Of a stretch of DNA of 64,000 nt, positions 39,510 to 50,336 are shown in pieces. Numbering within the stretch: the stretch's first letter is position 1; each line of letters begins with the position of its first letter. Source of the stretch: Nitrospiraceae bacterium (GTDB lineage: Bacteria > Nitrospirota > Nitrospiria > Nitrospirales > Nitrospiraceae); contig JBFWWG010000010.1 in assembly GCA_050246315.1 (NCBI GenBank), positions 64,001-128,000 on the forward strand, in the 5' to 3' direction. A program made the position numbers and the translations under genes. The notes beneath the pieces are model-generated. The model saw only the letters and a program-made list of their open reading frames with translations. It searched no databases and was not told where the DNA came from.

Positions 39510-41972
39510 ATGACGACCGCCGGCTCCCCGCCTGTTCGCCCCGCTCGGTGGGGGTTGAAGGGCAAGCTCATCGTCTCCATGTTGTTGGTGGGCGTGGTCC
39601 CACTGCTCACCGGCCTGCTGTTGGCTTTTTTCCAGGGCTCGCGGGAAATCCGCGAAGTCAGCGGCGAAAGCTTCAAGGCCCTGGCCATTGAAGCGGCGAG
39701 AAAACTCGATCTGCTCGTGGGTGAAGAGGTCGCACGCACGTCCCGGATCGCCGTCGATCCGCTCATCGTCCTCGAAATGGAGCGGCAGCGCGACGAGCGG
39801 CAAGACCTGTCCGAAGAGGAACGCCTGCGCCGCACGGCTCAGAAGCGCGAGAAGTGGGAAGCGCAAGACCCGGCCACCGTCAAAGCCATCACCGACAGTC
39901 CGATCGCACGCCTGTTACGGGATTACTACAGCGGCTCCAGCACCGAACTGGATCAGATGTTGCCACACGTCGTCCGAGCCGCGACCCAGATGCTCTACAT
40001 CACCGACCTCGACGGACAGTTGGTCGCCGCCCTCACCGTCAAACCGCCTTTTGACAACGGGACCTTCGCCTGGTGGAAGGGCGCGTACAACAACGGGGCC
40101 GGTCTGCTCTTCATCCAGGATCTCTACTTCGACGAGCGATCCGACACCTATGTGTTCAGCATTTCGATTCCCATCATGGACAGCCTCCGGTACGAGACCG
40201 TGGGTGTGCTCCATCGGGTGATCGACGCCAAAGCCTTCTTTTCCCCCTCCACCCATCCGATTCGGTTCGGCAAGACCGGTCATGTCATGCTTATCGACAG
40301 CCGAGGCATCGTGATGAGCTGCCCGATTCTTCCGACCGGCGTACGGATCGCCGATCTCGACCTGATCCCCCTCGTCACCCCGCATGAGCCCGGCTGGGTG
40401 CAGGCCTCGAGCGACGGGCACGGCGGCACATCCAAATCGATCATCGGCTTCTCTCCGCTGCCCGAGACGAGCCGGGCGACCAACGGCACCACCGACGAAG
40501 GCGCCTGGCACACCTTCGTCTGGCAGTCCTCGGAGGAACTGTTCGCGCCGATCCAGCATCTCCTCACCTGGATGTCCGTCTTTGGGTCCTTGGCCGTGGT
40601 CCTGCTCGCCGCGCTCGGCTCGTTCGCCGCAGGCCGTATCGTCACTCCCGTCCGCAAGCTGCAATTGGCCGCCCGTGCGATCGGCCACGGCGAGTTGCGG
40701 GAACCGATTGCCGTCAAGACCGGAGACGAGTTGGAGGAGTTGGCCGAGGAAATCAACCGCATGAACAGTCAACTCGAACGGGCCTTTGCCGGCCTCACCA
40801 GCCAGGTCGAACTCAAGAGTCAGGAAGTCCGTATTCTGGAACAATCCACCGACCGGATCCTGGACGCCGTCCCCTCGCCGATTTTCATGGTGGACCACGA
40901 AGCCGCGGTTCACTACATGAACCGCGCCTCCCGCGAGGCCTTCGATCTCCAGGAAGCCAATCCGGAGGCCGGTACTCTCTACGACCTGTTGCACCTCCCG
41001 ACCGGCGCGCGCGACCGATTGCAGCGAGAACTCGCGATCCTCGGCAACGGTCATGGCCGCGAACGCCTGACATCGGCGACTCGGACGGCATTGGCGCGAG
41101 ACCCGCTTGCCCCCGGCGGCGGCGAGGAGGAGGCGGACCGCCGGGAACTCCAGGTCGGAAACGCCGTCTACCGCTACGAATGGTTCTCTTTACCGGCCAG
41201 GCCCGGGGAAGCAGACCGGCTGGGCCTGGTCTTGAGAAACGCCACCGACGAAAGCCGCCTACAGGAACAGCTTATCGAGGCGGAGAAAAAGGGCAGCCTG
41301 GGCGTGCTGACGGCCGGCATCGGACATGAATTGAACAATCCGCTCTTCGGCATTCTCGGGTTGGGGGAAGCGATCCAACACGAGCCCAACTCGGAACAGG
41401 TCAAGCAATATGCCAAGGACATCGTCCAACACGGCAAGCGGATGGCCGGCATCATTCGCGATTTTGCCGGAGTGACGCGGGCGGACACAGGGGACCGGCG
41501 TGGGCTGGTCGATCTGACTCGACTGCTCGAAAGCGCGCTCCGGCTCGTTCAGCAATCCATGGGAGAGTGGGAGATCGAGGTCGAAAAGCGGTACGGATCG
41601 CTCCCGCCTATCAACGCGGTGGGCGAAGAGCTGTTACAAGCCTTCGTCAACGTCATCCTGAACGCCGCCCAAGCCATGAAAGGCACGGGGCGCCTGACGA
41701 TCATCGCCGAGCAGGGGCCGGTTCTCATCCAGGTCACGATCCAGGACTCGGGACCGGGCATTTCGAAACCGCACCTCTTGAAGATTTTCGATCCTTTCTT
41801 CACGACCAAACAACAGGGACAGGGCAGCGGACTGGGGCTCACGATCGCGCGCCGGTTGCTCATGAAGAACGGCGGCCACATCCGGATGGAGAGCACGCCC
41901 GGACAGGGCGCGTCCTGCATGATCACCTTTCCGATCCCCCAGGACACGGCTCAAACGGAGGGAACAGGATGA
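39510..41972 (+). CDS. Membrane sensor histidine kinase (Cache-HAMP-PAS-like)
   Basis: Two TM helices, TGDELEELA HAMP, GHELNNPL, GSGLGL. Confidence 0.93.
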   Translation: MTTAGSPPVRPARWGLKGKLIVSMLLVGVVPLLTGLLLAFFQGSREIREVSGESFKALAIEAARKLDLLVGEEVARTSRIAVDPLIVLEMERQRDERQDLSEEERLRRTAQKREKWEAQDPATVKAITDSPIARLLRDYYSGSSTELDQMLPHVVRAATQMLYITDLDGQLVAALTVKPPFDNGTFAWWKGAYNNGAGLLFIQDLYFDERSDTYVFSISIPIMDSLRYETVGVLHRVIDAKAFFSPSTHPIRFGKTGHVMLIDSRGIVMSCPILPTGVRIADLDLIPLVTPHEPGWVQASSDGHGGTSKSIIGFSPLPETSRATNGTTDEGAWHTFVWQSSEELFAPIQHLLTWMSVFGSLAVVLLAALGSFAAGRIVTPVRKLQLAARAIGHGELREPIAVKTGDELEELAEEINRMNSQLERAFAGLTSQVELKSQEVRILEQSTDRILDAVPSPIFMVDHEAAVHYMNRASREAFDLQEANPEAGTLYDLLHLPTGARDRLQRELAILGNGHGRERLTSATRTALARDPLAPGGGEEEADRRELQVGNAVYRYEWFSLPARPGEADRLGLVLRNATDESRLQEQLIEAEKKGSLGVLTAGIGHELNNPLFGILGLGEAIQHEPNSEQVKQYAKDIVQHGKRMAGIIRDFAGVTRADTGDRRGLVDLTRLLESALRLVQQSMGEWEIEVEKRYGSLPPINAVGEELLQAFVNVILNAAQAMKGTGRLTIIAEQGPVLIQVTIQDSGPGISKPHLLKIFDPFFTTKQQGQGSGLGLTIARRLLMKNGGHIRMESTPGQGASCMITFPIPQDTAQTEGTG

Positions 41973-42565
41973 CGAAGATCACCATATTCACGCTAGGGGG
42001 TTGCCTGGCGCTGCTCGGAGTCTTCGCTGCCGGTGCAACGTCGGCCCCTCCCAAGAACAGAGACGAATCGCCTCCGCCTCTACTCTCTCACGAGAAAGTC
42101 GCCGGCTACATCCACGCGATCATCGAGGCGGATCGCAAATTCTATTCGGCGCAGGTGGTCAACCGGATGCAGGAGCGCGGCATCGTCAAGGCGACCGAGC
42201 ATTGGGAAAACGAAGGCACGCTCCCGCTTCCGGCTCAGTTCCTCAAATATTCCGGGCAGGTCGTCGCCGAAAACGGCAGCGGCATCCGGTACAGGCTGAT
42301 CAGCCTCTGGCCCATCAACCAACAAAACAGTCCCGCTACCCCATTCGAACGCAAGGCGCTCGAAACGTTGGCGGAGAACCCGGCGGAACCCTATCGCGGC
42401 TTCGTCGCCAGCGGGAAGAAACGGTATTTCCAAGCCATCTATGCCGATCGAGCGGTCTCAGCGGCCTGCGTCAGTTGTCACAATCAGCATCCCTTGAGCC
42501 CCAAGCGGGATTTCAGGATGAGCGACATCATGGGGGGGATCGCCATCACCATCCCGGTCGAGTGA
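41969..42565 (+). CDS. DUF3365 family periplasmic heme c protein
   Basis: Signal peptide, LPLPAQF, CVSCH, GGIAITIP. Confidence 0.85.
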   Translation: MTKITIFTLGGCLALLGVFAAGATSAPPKNRDESPPPLLSHEKVAGYIHAIIEADRKFYSAQVVNRMQERGIVKATEHWENEGTLPLPAQFLKYSGQVVAENGSGIRYRLISLWPINQQNSPATPFERKALETLAENPAEPYRGFVASGKKRYFQAIYADRAVSAACVSCHNQHPLSPKRDFRMSDIMGGIAITIPVE

Positions 42566-42612
42566 GGCCGTCCACTGGCACTTAGCAGGATGGGCGGAGA
42601 GAAACTGTTACC

Positions 42613-42743
42613 CGCAGAATGATCAAAAAGGCCGTCCAGCGAGGCCGCAGCAAGCGAGAGGGGTGAGGCCGTACTTTCTTCGGTACGTGGAGCGCTTGAG
42701 TGCCGCGAGAACAAAGCTGGCGGGCTTTTTCAACATTCTGCTA
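42613..42743. mobile_element. MITE-like repeat
   Basis: Imperfect TIR GCAGAATGATCAAAAAG / CTTTTTCAACATTCTGC. Confidence 0.7.
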
Positions 42744-43847
42744 CGGCGAGTGGACGGCGGGGGCCGTCGGCTGATGATACTCCTCGCGGTAGATTTGCAG
42801 AGCCGTTAACAAGAGCGCGACCACGATCGGCCCCACGAAGATCCCGATCACGCCATAGACCGAGAGCCCGCCCAGCACGCTGAATATCAGGAGAAACACG
42901 GGAATCTGAGCGCCCTGCCCGATCAGGAGCGGACGGAGCACCTGATCGACCGTGGACACGACGCCGCCCCCCCAGACCAGTAGAGCCACGCCTTTCCACG
43001 CCGGCCCGGCCCAGAGCAACCACAGGGCGACCGGCACCCAGACGAGGGCGGTCCCGCCGAACGGGATCGGCGCGAGGATCGTCGTCACCGCCATCAACAC
43101 GACTGGAACCGGTACGCCGAGCACCGCATAGGCCACCCCGGCCAACAGTCCCTGCACGATCGCCGTCACCACCACGCCCTTGACGACGGCCCGCATGGTC
43201 AAATCCAGCCGGGAAAAGATTTTCGACTTGTGCGACGAGTCGAGCGGGATCAGCTCATACAGTTTGGCAACCAAGTCGCGCCCGTCCCGAAAGAAAAAGA
43301 ACAACGTTACGATCATGACCAGCGCGTTGGCAAAAAACGCGAAAACGTTCTTGACGAACCCGGTCAACCCGCCGACCAGAAACTGGCTGAGCGACTTGGC
43401 GCTCGAAATGAGGATCTCCTCGAGGTTGTCGGGTCCGGCCTCCAGGCGATCGTACCAGCCACGCAGATACTCGCCCCCCAGGGGCAACTGCGACAACTGC
43501 TCGGGCAGCCGTGCGAGCCCTCCCTCCGCCACCCAGATCCGGATCGCCTTTTCCAACACCACCGCTTCTCGCACGATCACCCCGCCCATCCAGATCAGGG
43601 GCAGAACGCCCAGCAACATGATGCCGACGGTGAGAATACCGGCCGCCAATGACCTTCTCCCTCCCAGCCGGCCCGTCAAACGGCTGTGGAGAGGATAGAG
43701 CAGATGGGCGAGCACTGTGGCCCAGACCATCGCCAGCAGAAAAGGCTGGAACATCAACGCGAGTTGATACACGAGGAACAGCAGGATCGCGAAGAACGCG
43801 AGCCCAAAGACTTGCTGGCGTGTGAGGAACGACAGGGGCTTGTCCAA
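42741..43847 (-). CDS. AI-2E family transporter
   Basis: Multi-TM; FFFFRDG, IPFGGTALVWVP, DQVLRP, GIFVGP; start uncertain. Confidence 0.9.
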   Translation of the reverse strand: MDKPLSFLTRQQVFGLAFFAILLFLVYQLALMFQPFLLAMVWATVLAHLLYPLHSRLTGRLGGRRSLAAGILTVGIMLLGVLPLIWMGGVIVREAVVLEKAIRIWVAEGGLARLPEQLSQLPLGGEYLRGWYDRLEAGPDNLEEILISSAKSLSQFLVGGLTGFVKNVFAFFANALVMIVTLFFFFRDGRDLVAKLYELIPLDSSHKSKIFSRLDLTMRAVVKGVVVTAIVQGLLAGVAYAVLGVPVPVVLMAVTTILAPIPFGGTALVWVPVALWLLWAGPAWKGVALLVWGGGVVSTVDQVLRPLLIGQGAQIPVFLLIFSVLGGLSVYGVIGIFVGPIVVALLLTALQIYREEYHQPTAPAVHSP

Positions 43848-44120
43848 GGCGTCATGTAGATAGCAGAGTACCGCACGTGTTGTCACGCAAGAGACAGATT
43901 CCCCGTCCAGCCGACGCCGCGGCGGGCGGACGCGACGGCAAGGAGGAAGGCGACAGCGGGCAGGACGTAGGATTTCCGTCACTCGTCATTGGTCAATCGT
44001 ACTGGAGTGTCGCGTCCTGGTGGCCTGACTTGTTCAGCTTTGACCGAATGACGATCGGCGGTTGACGCATCGCGGTCAAGCCCATCGGCAAGCACAAAGC
44101 CGGCGGTCTTCAGCGTCGCG

Positions 44121-44876
44121 TTAAGACAGGCGGGTGTAGATCAGATCGTCGAAGTAGGTGACCGCATCCGATCTGGTCCAGAGGCCGATGCGGCCGGATT
44201 GAAACGTGCGGTCGCAGAGATGCAGCAACTCGCGGCCGTCGTACGAGATCGCGATTTCGCAGCCCTCTGTCCGCACGCGGAGCCGATGCCAACTCTTGAG
44301 CGAGATCGTCTGGCTCCGGCTCTCCACTAATTGCTGCACCCCCTTCACTACCCGGTAGAGGCGGATGTTCTGTTCGACCGCGCTGGCACGCAAAAGGTAA
44401 TAGTTTCGGTCGTCGGCCGCGCGCCAGATCACCCCGGCCCCCAGCTCCGCCTTGCCGCCGACCGGGAGAAACGCTACCTCCACCTCCACGTTCGCCGCTT
44501 CGGTATCGTTAATCAGCAACATCTTGTAGGCATGGTCGGCGCCTTTGGATTGGACCTGCGCCAGCACCTGCATTGAGCTTCTAGCCCGTTCGCTGTGAAA
44601 GACTTTCCATTCGCCGGCCGGGCGTCCATCGAACAACGTTCCCAGCGTGAATCCGGACGGCAGCCGTCCCGGCACATCGTCGTCGAAATTCCAGCTCTTG
44701 GTTGGACCGGCACGCCGGTTCTCTTTTCTCTCCGCCGGCTCATCGGCCAGACCGGCGGATCGGAAGAGGATCACCAAGAGGGGGAACCACAGCACGACAC
44801 GGAGCCATCGCGCCCGAACCAGAGCCGGTAACCAGACTTCCTGACGACCAGCCGGTCGATGAGTCGCGGTTGTCAT
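44121..44876 (-). CDS. Secreted DUF1080/LamG-like beta-sandwich protein
   Basis: GVIWRAAD..NYY, WHRLRV, GRIGLW, FDD. Confidence 0.7.
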   Translation of the reverse strand: MTTATHRPAGRQEVWLPALVRARWLRVVLWFPLLVILFRSAGLADEPAERKENRRAGPTKSWNFDDDVPGRLPSGFTLGTLFDGRPAGEWKVFHSERARSSMQVLAQVQSKGADHAYKMLLINDTEAANVEVEVAFLPVGGKAELGAGVIWRAADDRNYYLLRASAVEQNIRLYRVVKGVQQLVESRSQTISLKSWHRLRVRTEGCEIAISYDGRELLHLCDRTFQSGRIGLWTRSDAVTYFDDLIYTRLS

Positions 44877-47164
44877 ATGCCGAAGATCCGTTTGAAACGA
44901 TCCCAGAACCCTTCGCCGTGCAATTCACAGTACAGGGTTGGCTCGGTTCCTTCAATAAAGACTTCGCTCACGGATTCCGGGCATCGAGACGTAGCCAACT
45001 GCCCGGTCTGAGGATCGATCGCCTTGGTCACGATCCCGGATGGCACGAGGAAATCAGGCGAGTCGGCAGGAAGCACGTCTTTCATGAAGTCCGTCCAGAT
45101 CGGGAGCGCGGCTTGGGCTCCGCTGAGCTTGACCTCTCGTCCGTCGTCAAACCCGACCCAGACGCCGACCACCAGTTCCGGCGTATAGCCGATGAACCAG
45201 GCATCCCGAAACCCGTCCGTGGTGCCGGTCTTGCCGGCTGCTGGATGCGTGAGTCCGAGGGACTTGGCCCGGGCGGCGGTGCCCCGCTCGACCACCCCCT
45301 TCAGCAGCGAGGTGACCAGATAGGCGGCCTGAGGCGAGACGGCCTGTCGGCGGTCCGTGACCGGCTGCCACAGGGGATCGCCGTCCTGTGCGATCACCTG
45401 CCGGAGCCCCGTTGGCCCCATCACGATTCCATCATGGGCCAAGGCGCCGTAACTGCCGGTCATTTCCAACAGCGAGACGGCGGAGCCGCCCAACGCCAGT
45501 GTCAGGTTCTCGTCCAGCGGGCTCTTGACGCCGAGCCCGCGCGCCACTTGCGCGATGCGCCTTACCCCGACAGCTTGGGCCACCCGCACCACCGGCACAT
45601 TCAATGAGTGTTCAATGGCCGCCCGGACTGTGACCTTGCCCCGAAACTGCTTATCGTAATTCTGCGGCGACCAGGTTCCTGCCGGCGATTCGAAAGAGAC
45701 CGGTTCATCGAGCAACAGACTGGCCGCCGTGATGGGTTGACCACCGTCCGTTTGCCTGGACTCGAACGCGGTCAGATAAACCAGCGGCTTAAACAGCGAG
45801 CCAGGCTGCCGCTTGGCCTGGACCGCACGATTGAACTGGCTCGCCCGGTAGTCGCGCCCGCCGACCATCGCGAGGATCTCTCCGCTGCGGGGATCAAGTG
45901 CGACCAGGGCGCCTTGCAGAGGTTCGCCGTGTTTCGTCAAATGCGCATGCGCCTGCTCCAAACGCCCAAGCCCACGCGAGAGGGCCTCGGCCGCTGTCCG
46001 CTGCAAGATCGGGTCGAGCGTCGTGTAGATCCTGGCCCCCGGCGGCAAGGGTTGACCGCTCAATTCTTCGATGCGTCCCATGACATAGTCCACGAAATAG
46101 GGCGCGTCGGCGACCATGTCCTGGGGCGGATGGACCGACAGCGGACGGTTCACGGCCTGCGTCCATTCCGCCTCGGAGAGTTTTCCTTCCTCCCGCAACC
46201 GGCGCAACACAATATCCCGTCGTTGCCGGGCCAGGTCCCGATCCCTGAGCGGTGAGTAGGTATTGGGACCCTTGATCAGGCCGGCGATCAGGGCCATTTC
46301 ATCGATCGACAAATCCTGCAGGGTCTTGCTGAAATAGCTGTTCGCGGCCGCCTCCACCCCGTAGATGCCGACCGATCCAGCCTGCCCCAAGTAGATTTCG
46401 TTCAGGTAGCTCTCCAGGATTTCGTCCTTTTGATACTTGGCCTCCAGGACCAGCGCCGCCATCGCTTCCTGGACCTTGCGCCCGAACGTGCGCTTCGGAC
46501 TGTAGAAGAGGTTCTTGGCCAATTGTTGGGTGATCGTGCTCCCGCCCTGGACGACTCCACCTTTCAGCAGATTGCGCCACAGTGCGCGCCCCACCGCGAT
46601 GGGATCGATGCCCGGATGCCAATAGAACCGGTGGTCTTCCACTGCGAGGACCGTCTCGATCAAGCGCGGCGGCATGTCACGGATGGGAACCCACGAGCGC
46701 ACCTGGCGGGATTCGCCGCGCAGACCGCTGATCAGTTGCGGCTCGAGCGCCACAGGAAAAGAGGGCACGTCCTGCGGCATGAGCCGCACGTCGCTGATGC
46801 GAGTCTGATCGAGCACCAGACGAACCAGCGTCGGACTGACGTGCAGGTCCGGCTGCTCGCGCAGAAAGACATCCAACGCGGCGGGAGTCGGGCGAAATTC
46901 GCCGGGCTGGCGCGGTTCATGCGCGACCACATGGTAGCCGAGGCGCCCCAGTCGCTCGATCACGCGAGCCTCCCGAATATCCCGATCCACCCGGAGCGGG
47001 AAGGCCGCCCCGTAAATCAACAGTGGCGGTCGTTCTTCTCCCTTTGGTAAGGTCAGGGTGGTGGCGAGATAGCCGCCGGACAACAGGAGCATCGAAGTCA
47101 CCAATGCGATCCCATAGAGGACGGCCGTAAGGCTGCGTGTCGTCCAGCGTGCGAGTCGGGGCAT
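44873..47164 (-). CDS. Class A penicillin-binding protein (PBP1b-like)
   Basis: EDHRF, GGSTITQQLAKN, SLFK (SxxK), SLN, KTGT. Confidence 0.95.
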   Translation of the reverse strand: MPRLARWTTRSLTAVLYGIALVTSMLLLSGGYLATTLTLPKGEERPPLLIYGAAFPLRVDRDIREARVIERLGRLGYHVVAHEPRQPGEFRPTPAALDVFLREQPDLHVSPTLVRLVLDQTRISDVRLMPQDVPSFPVALEPQLISGLRGESRQVRSWVPIRDMPPRLIETVLAVEDHRFYWHPGIDPIAVGRALWRNLLKGGVVQGGSTITQQLAKNLFYSPKRTFGRKVQEAMAALVLEAKYQKDEILESYLNEIYLGQAGSVGIYGVEAAANSYFSKTLQDLSIDEMALIAGLIKGPNTYSPLRDRDLARQRRDIVLRRLREEGKLSEAEWTQAVNRPLSVHPPQDMVADAPYFVDYVMGRIEELSGQPLPPGARIYTTLDPILQRTAAEALSRGLGRLEQAHAHLTKHGEPLQGALVALDPRSGEILAMVGGRDYRASQFNRAVQAKRQPGSLFKPLVYLTAFESRQTDGGQPITAASLLLDEPVSFESPAGTWSPQNYDKQFRGKVTVRAAIEHSLNVPVVRVAQAVGVRRIAQVARGLGVKSPLDENLTLALGGSAVSLLEMTGSYGALAHDGIVMGPTGLRQVIAQDGDPLWQPVTDRRQAVSPQAAYLVTSLLKGVVERGTAARAKSLGLTHPAAGKTGTTDGFRDAWFIGYTPELVVGVWVGFDDGREVKLSGAQAALPIWTDFMKDVLPADSPDFLVPSGIVTKAIDPQTGQLATSRCPESVSEVFIEGTEPTLYCELHGEGFWDRFKRIFGI

Positions 47165-47485
47165 CAGGTATCGCGAACGGAGGATTACCGGTTAGGAGCC
47201 TGTCCGACATGACCGTTCGTAGCGAGACAACGGAGGCATGAGCAGATCTGCGGCCACAGGCCTTGAAAATCCGGAGGCGTCTTCACTGGAATCGAGAACC
47301 ATTGCTCCGCAGAATGCAATGGGTGACCCGGATTTTTCGAGACCGAGAACAAAGCCGATGCTCGTGGATCGTTCGCCATAGCAGAATGCGTCCTGTCGGA
47401 CAGGCTCCTAGAATACGGGAACGCCCGGGCGGAAAAAAGAGCGTGCGGCTCCACGGGCAACCTGCCTGTCATCGCCACGTTTCTC

Positions 47486-47513
47486 TTGACAGTCCTGAAG
47501 AGTGTTTTACATT
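47486..47513 (+). promoter_or_regulatory. Putative promoter for the DegP-type protease
   Basis: TTGACA-N16-TACATT. Confidence 0.5.
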
Positions 47514-47640
47514 ACTCTCACCATACCAATGGAAGGACCGGGCCACTAGCGAATTGTGCATCGTTTGGTGGTTGTCTTGTGCGTCTCGATCAAGAAAGGC
47601 AGGGACCCCCTGATCAAGGTGAGGAGAATTGGCACACACG

Positions 47641-49152
47641 ATGACTTCTATCATCCTTCGAACCGCCGGCCTGCTGGCGATCGGCGTCCTCATCGGAGCC
47701 GGCTGCACTGAATCCCCGCCTCCCTCGAACGCGAATCAGCAATCGGACATCGTCGCAGCCCAGGTCTCGCAGGCGGGGACGATTCCGGTGTCGGTGGCGA
47801 CCACGGGAGCCGGGACGTTGCCGGCCAATGAAACGTTCATCAACATCGCCAAAGCGGCCCGCGCCTCGGTCGTCAATATTTCCTCTTCGCGCAAGATCAA
47901 GCAGGACACTCAACCGTTCGGGAGCCCGTTCGACGATCCGTTCTTCCGCCGGTTCTTCGGGGACGAGTTCGAAAAACGCTTCAAGGCTCCGCGCGAACGC
48001 GAGCGTCAGGAGCAGGGCCTCGGGTCCGGCGTGATCGTGAGCACGGACGGGTACATCGTCACGAACAACCACGTCGTCGAGCAGGCGGAGGAAATCAAGG
48101 TGTTGTTGGGCGACAAGCGCAGCTTCAAGGGTAAGGTCGTCGGCACCGACCCCAAGACCGATCTGGCGGTGATCAAGATCGATGCAGCCGACCTGCCGAC
48201 GCTCAAGTGGGCCGATTCGGGGCAGTTGCAGGTCGGGGAATTGGTCCTGGCGGTCGGCAATCCCTTCGGACTCAATCAAACCGTGACCATGGGCATCATC
48301 AGTGCCGTCGGCCGGGCCAACATGGGCATCGTCGATTACGAAGACTTCATCCAGACCGACGCCGCGATCAATCCCGGCAATTCGGGCGGTGCGTTGGTCA
48401 ACCTGAGGGGCGAGTTGATCGGCATCAACACGGCCATTTTCTCACGGAGCGGCGGGTACATGGGGATCGGGTTCGCCATCCCCAGCAACATGGTCCGGAA
48501 CGTGATGAACAGTCTCGTCAAACACGGGAAGGTCGTGCGCGGCTGGCTCGGCGTGTCCATCCAGGAACTGACGCCGGATCTAGCCAAGGAGTTCGGCGTC
48601 GCCGATGGGCAAGGGGCCCTGGTGGCCGATGTGCTCGACGACAGTCCCGCCGCCAAGGCCAAGCTGCAACGCGGGGACGTCATCATCGCGTTCAACGGAG
48701 TTCCGGTCAAGGACCCGTCTCACCTGCGCAGCATGGTGGCGGAGGCCTCGCCGGACTCGACCAGTACGGTTACGGTCCTGCGCGACAAGGACAAGAGAGA
48801 CGTCAAGGTGACCATCACGGAGCTACCCAAGGACCTGGCCAAGGCCTCCCAAGAAGGGCCGGACAGCTCCAAGGGCGAGCATGCGCTGGCCGGCATCACC
48901 GTGGAGGAGAATAAGGATCGGTCGGGAAAGAGCCGCCATCGCGGCGGCGTCGTGATCACGGACGTGGAGTCGGAAAGCGCCGCCGAACGGGCCGGGGTCC
49001 GACCCGGCGACGTGATCATGGAGATCAACAGAAAGCCGGTACGAACGGTTGCGGATTTTGATAAACTCACCGGCCAACTGAGCGCCAAGACGCCGGTGCT
49101 CCTGCTGCTCAATCGAGGGAACGCCACCATCTTCCTCTCGATCGCGCCGTAG
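47641..49152 (+). CDS. DegP/DegQ (HtrA) serine protease with two PDZ domains, lipoprotein signal
   Basis: TNNHV, TDLAV, INPGNSGG, RGWLGV; AGC lipobox. Confidence 0.96.
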   Translation: MTSIILRTAGLLAIGVLIGAGCTESPPPSNANQQSDIVAAQVSQAGTIPVSVATTGAGTLPANETFINIAKAARASVVNISSSRKIKQDTQPFGSPFDDPFFRRFFGDEFEKRFKAPRERERQEQGLGSGVIVSTDGYIVTNNHVVEQAEEIKVLLGDKRSFKGKVVGTDPKTDLAVIKIDAADLPTLKWADSGQLQVGELVLAVGNPFGLNQTVTMGIISAVGRANMGIVDYEDFIQTDAAINPGNSGGALVNLRGELIGINTAIFSRSGGYMGIGFAIPSNMVRNVMNSLVKHGKVVRGWLGVSIQELTPDLAKEFGVADGQGALVADVLDDSPAAKAKLQRGDVIIAFNGVPVKDPSHLRSMVAEASPDSTSTVTVLRDKDKRDVKVTITELPKDLAKASQEGPDSSKGEHALAGITVEENKDRSGKSRHRGGVVITDVESESAAERAGVRPGDVIMEINRKPVRTVADFDKLTGQLSAKTPVLLLLNRGNATIFLSIAP

Positions 49153-49207
49153 CCCACGCGACTGAGAGGACTGGGGTCCATCTTTCATACGGAGGACAGA
49201 GAACGCC

Positions 49208-49297
49208 ATGCTTGAACTGGTTGCGTACGGGTTCATGGGCGGCACCCTGTTGGTGTGCGCCATTGCCATCTTTTCATTCCTCAAGGCGATCGAATAG
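49208..49297 (+). CDS. 29-aa single-TM small protein
   Basis: GGAGG upstream; MLELVAYGFMGGTLLVCAIAIFSFLKAIE*. Confidence 0.5.
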   Translation: MLELVAYGFMGGTLLVCAIAIFSFLKAIE

Positions 49298-49331
49298 GTC
49301 GCGCTGATCTGGACGGCGCCCGCCCGGGTTC

Positions 49332-49964
49332 TTGCGGGCATTGCGGACCTTGTCACCGGTGATTCCGCCTGTCGCCACCCAGTCGCACAGCCTGTCCCGA
49401 TGGGCGACGATCCTCTCGTTGCTCTCGGCTCTTGCAGGGCCGGCAATCGCCGACGACAATTCGACGGCCAAGACTCAGGGCACGGAGGCCCCGGCGGAAG
49501 CAGAGGGAACGGGGCAAGTCTTCCGGGCGCGCGACCTCAAGGGAGCGTCGGACGTCGGGTTGGAGGGCTGCGCGGCCAATTCGGGGGAATACACGCTCTG
49601 GGTCTATGCCACCGCGGCCGCTTGCGGAGTGCCACGCGAACAAGCCGAGCAAGTCGTGCTGGTGCGCCAACCGCTTCCTGGCGTCGCGCCCCTTCGGGCC
49701 AGAGTCGAGATCTCCGGCGGCACCTATCACCTCTGGGTCTTCGGGTCCGGCGATCCCGGCCACCCTTGGCTTCACATCTGTGGAAAGACCTGTGTCATTG
49801 GAGAGCTCCCGGGCAAGCCCGAATGGGTCTCGTTCGGACCGATCGAAGTCCGGGATCTTCAGATGATCTTCATCCGCACCAAGGAAGTGCCCTATGGGCA
49901 CACGCTTCGCCTCCATGCGATGGTGTTGTCCGCCCACGAAGGTCCACCCGAGTGGGTACCCTAG
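49332..49964 (+). CDS. Hypothetical exported protein
   Basis: Signal-like LSLLSALAGPAIA; start uncertain. Confidence 0.65.
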   Translation: MRALRTLSPVIPPVATQSHSLSRWATILSLLSALAGPAIADDNSTAKTQGTEAPAEAEGTGQVFRARDLKGASDVGLEGCAANSGEYTLWVYATAAACGVPREQAEQVVLVRQPLPGVAPLRARVEISGGTYHLWVFGSGDPGHPWLHICGKTCVIGELPGKPEWVSFGPIEVRDLQMIFIRTKEVPYGHTLRLHAMVLSAHEGPPEWVP

Positions 49965-50208
49965 CCCACATTATTCATGACGGTTCGTGACGAAACCGAC
50001 AAGACGCCACGCGTCGGACCCATTGCATGGAGAAGCGCAATGGGTACCCCCACGCGGAGCCCCGAGGGGGCGAAGCATACTTGAAACAGTATGTTGAGAC
50101 CATGAGGGGCGAGCCTACCCGTCAGCATGCGTTCCAAGCCGCATGCTGGCTCGTCGCAGCGGCGTATCGGCGGTTGCAGTAGAAGCGTTCATGAATAATG
50201 TGGGCTAG
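49961..50208. mobile_element. MITE, intact copy
   Basis: Perfect 20-bp inverted ends CTAGCCCACATTATTCATGA / TCATGAATAATGTGGGCTAG. Confidence 0.85.
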
Positions 50209-50336
50209 TGTTGTGTCCCGTAAGTTCCGGTAATTATCCGTTCGCACTGAGCGTGTCGAAGGGCGCCCACTTTCAAGGAGTTCCGTTCATGGTTCGACAG
50301 GCTCACCACGAACGAACTTCTGGGACGCAACACTAG
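50205..50336. mobile_element. Second MITE sharing the CTAG site
   Basis: CTAGTGTTGTGTCCC / GGGACGCAACACTAG ends, internal TTCGACAGGCTCACCACGAACG repeat. Confidence 0.8.
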
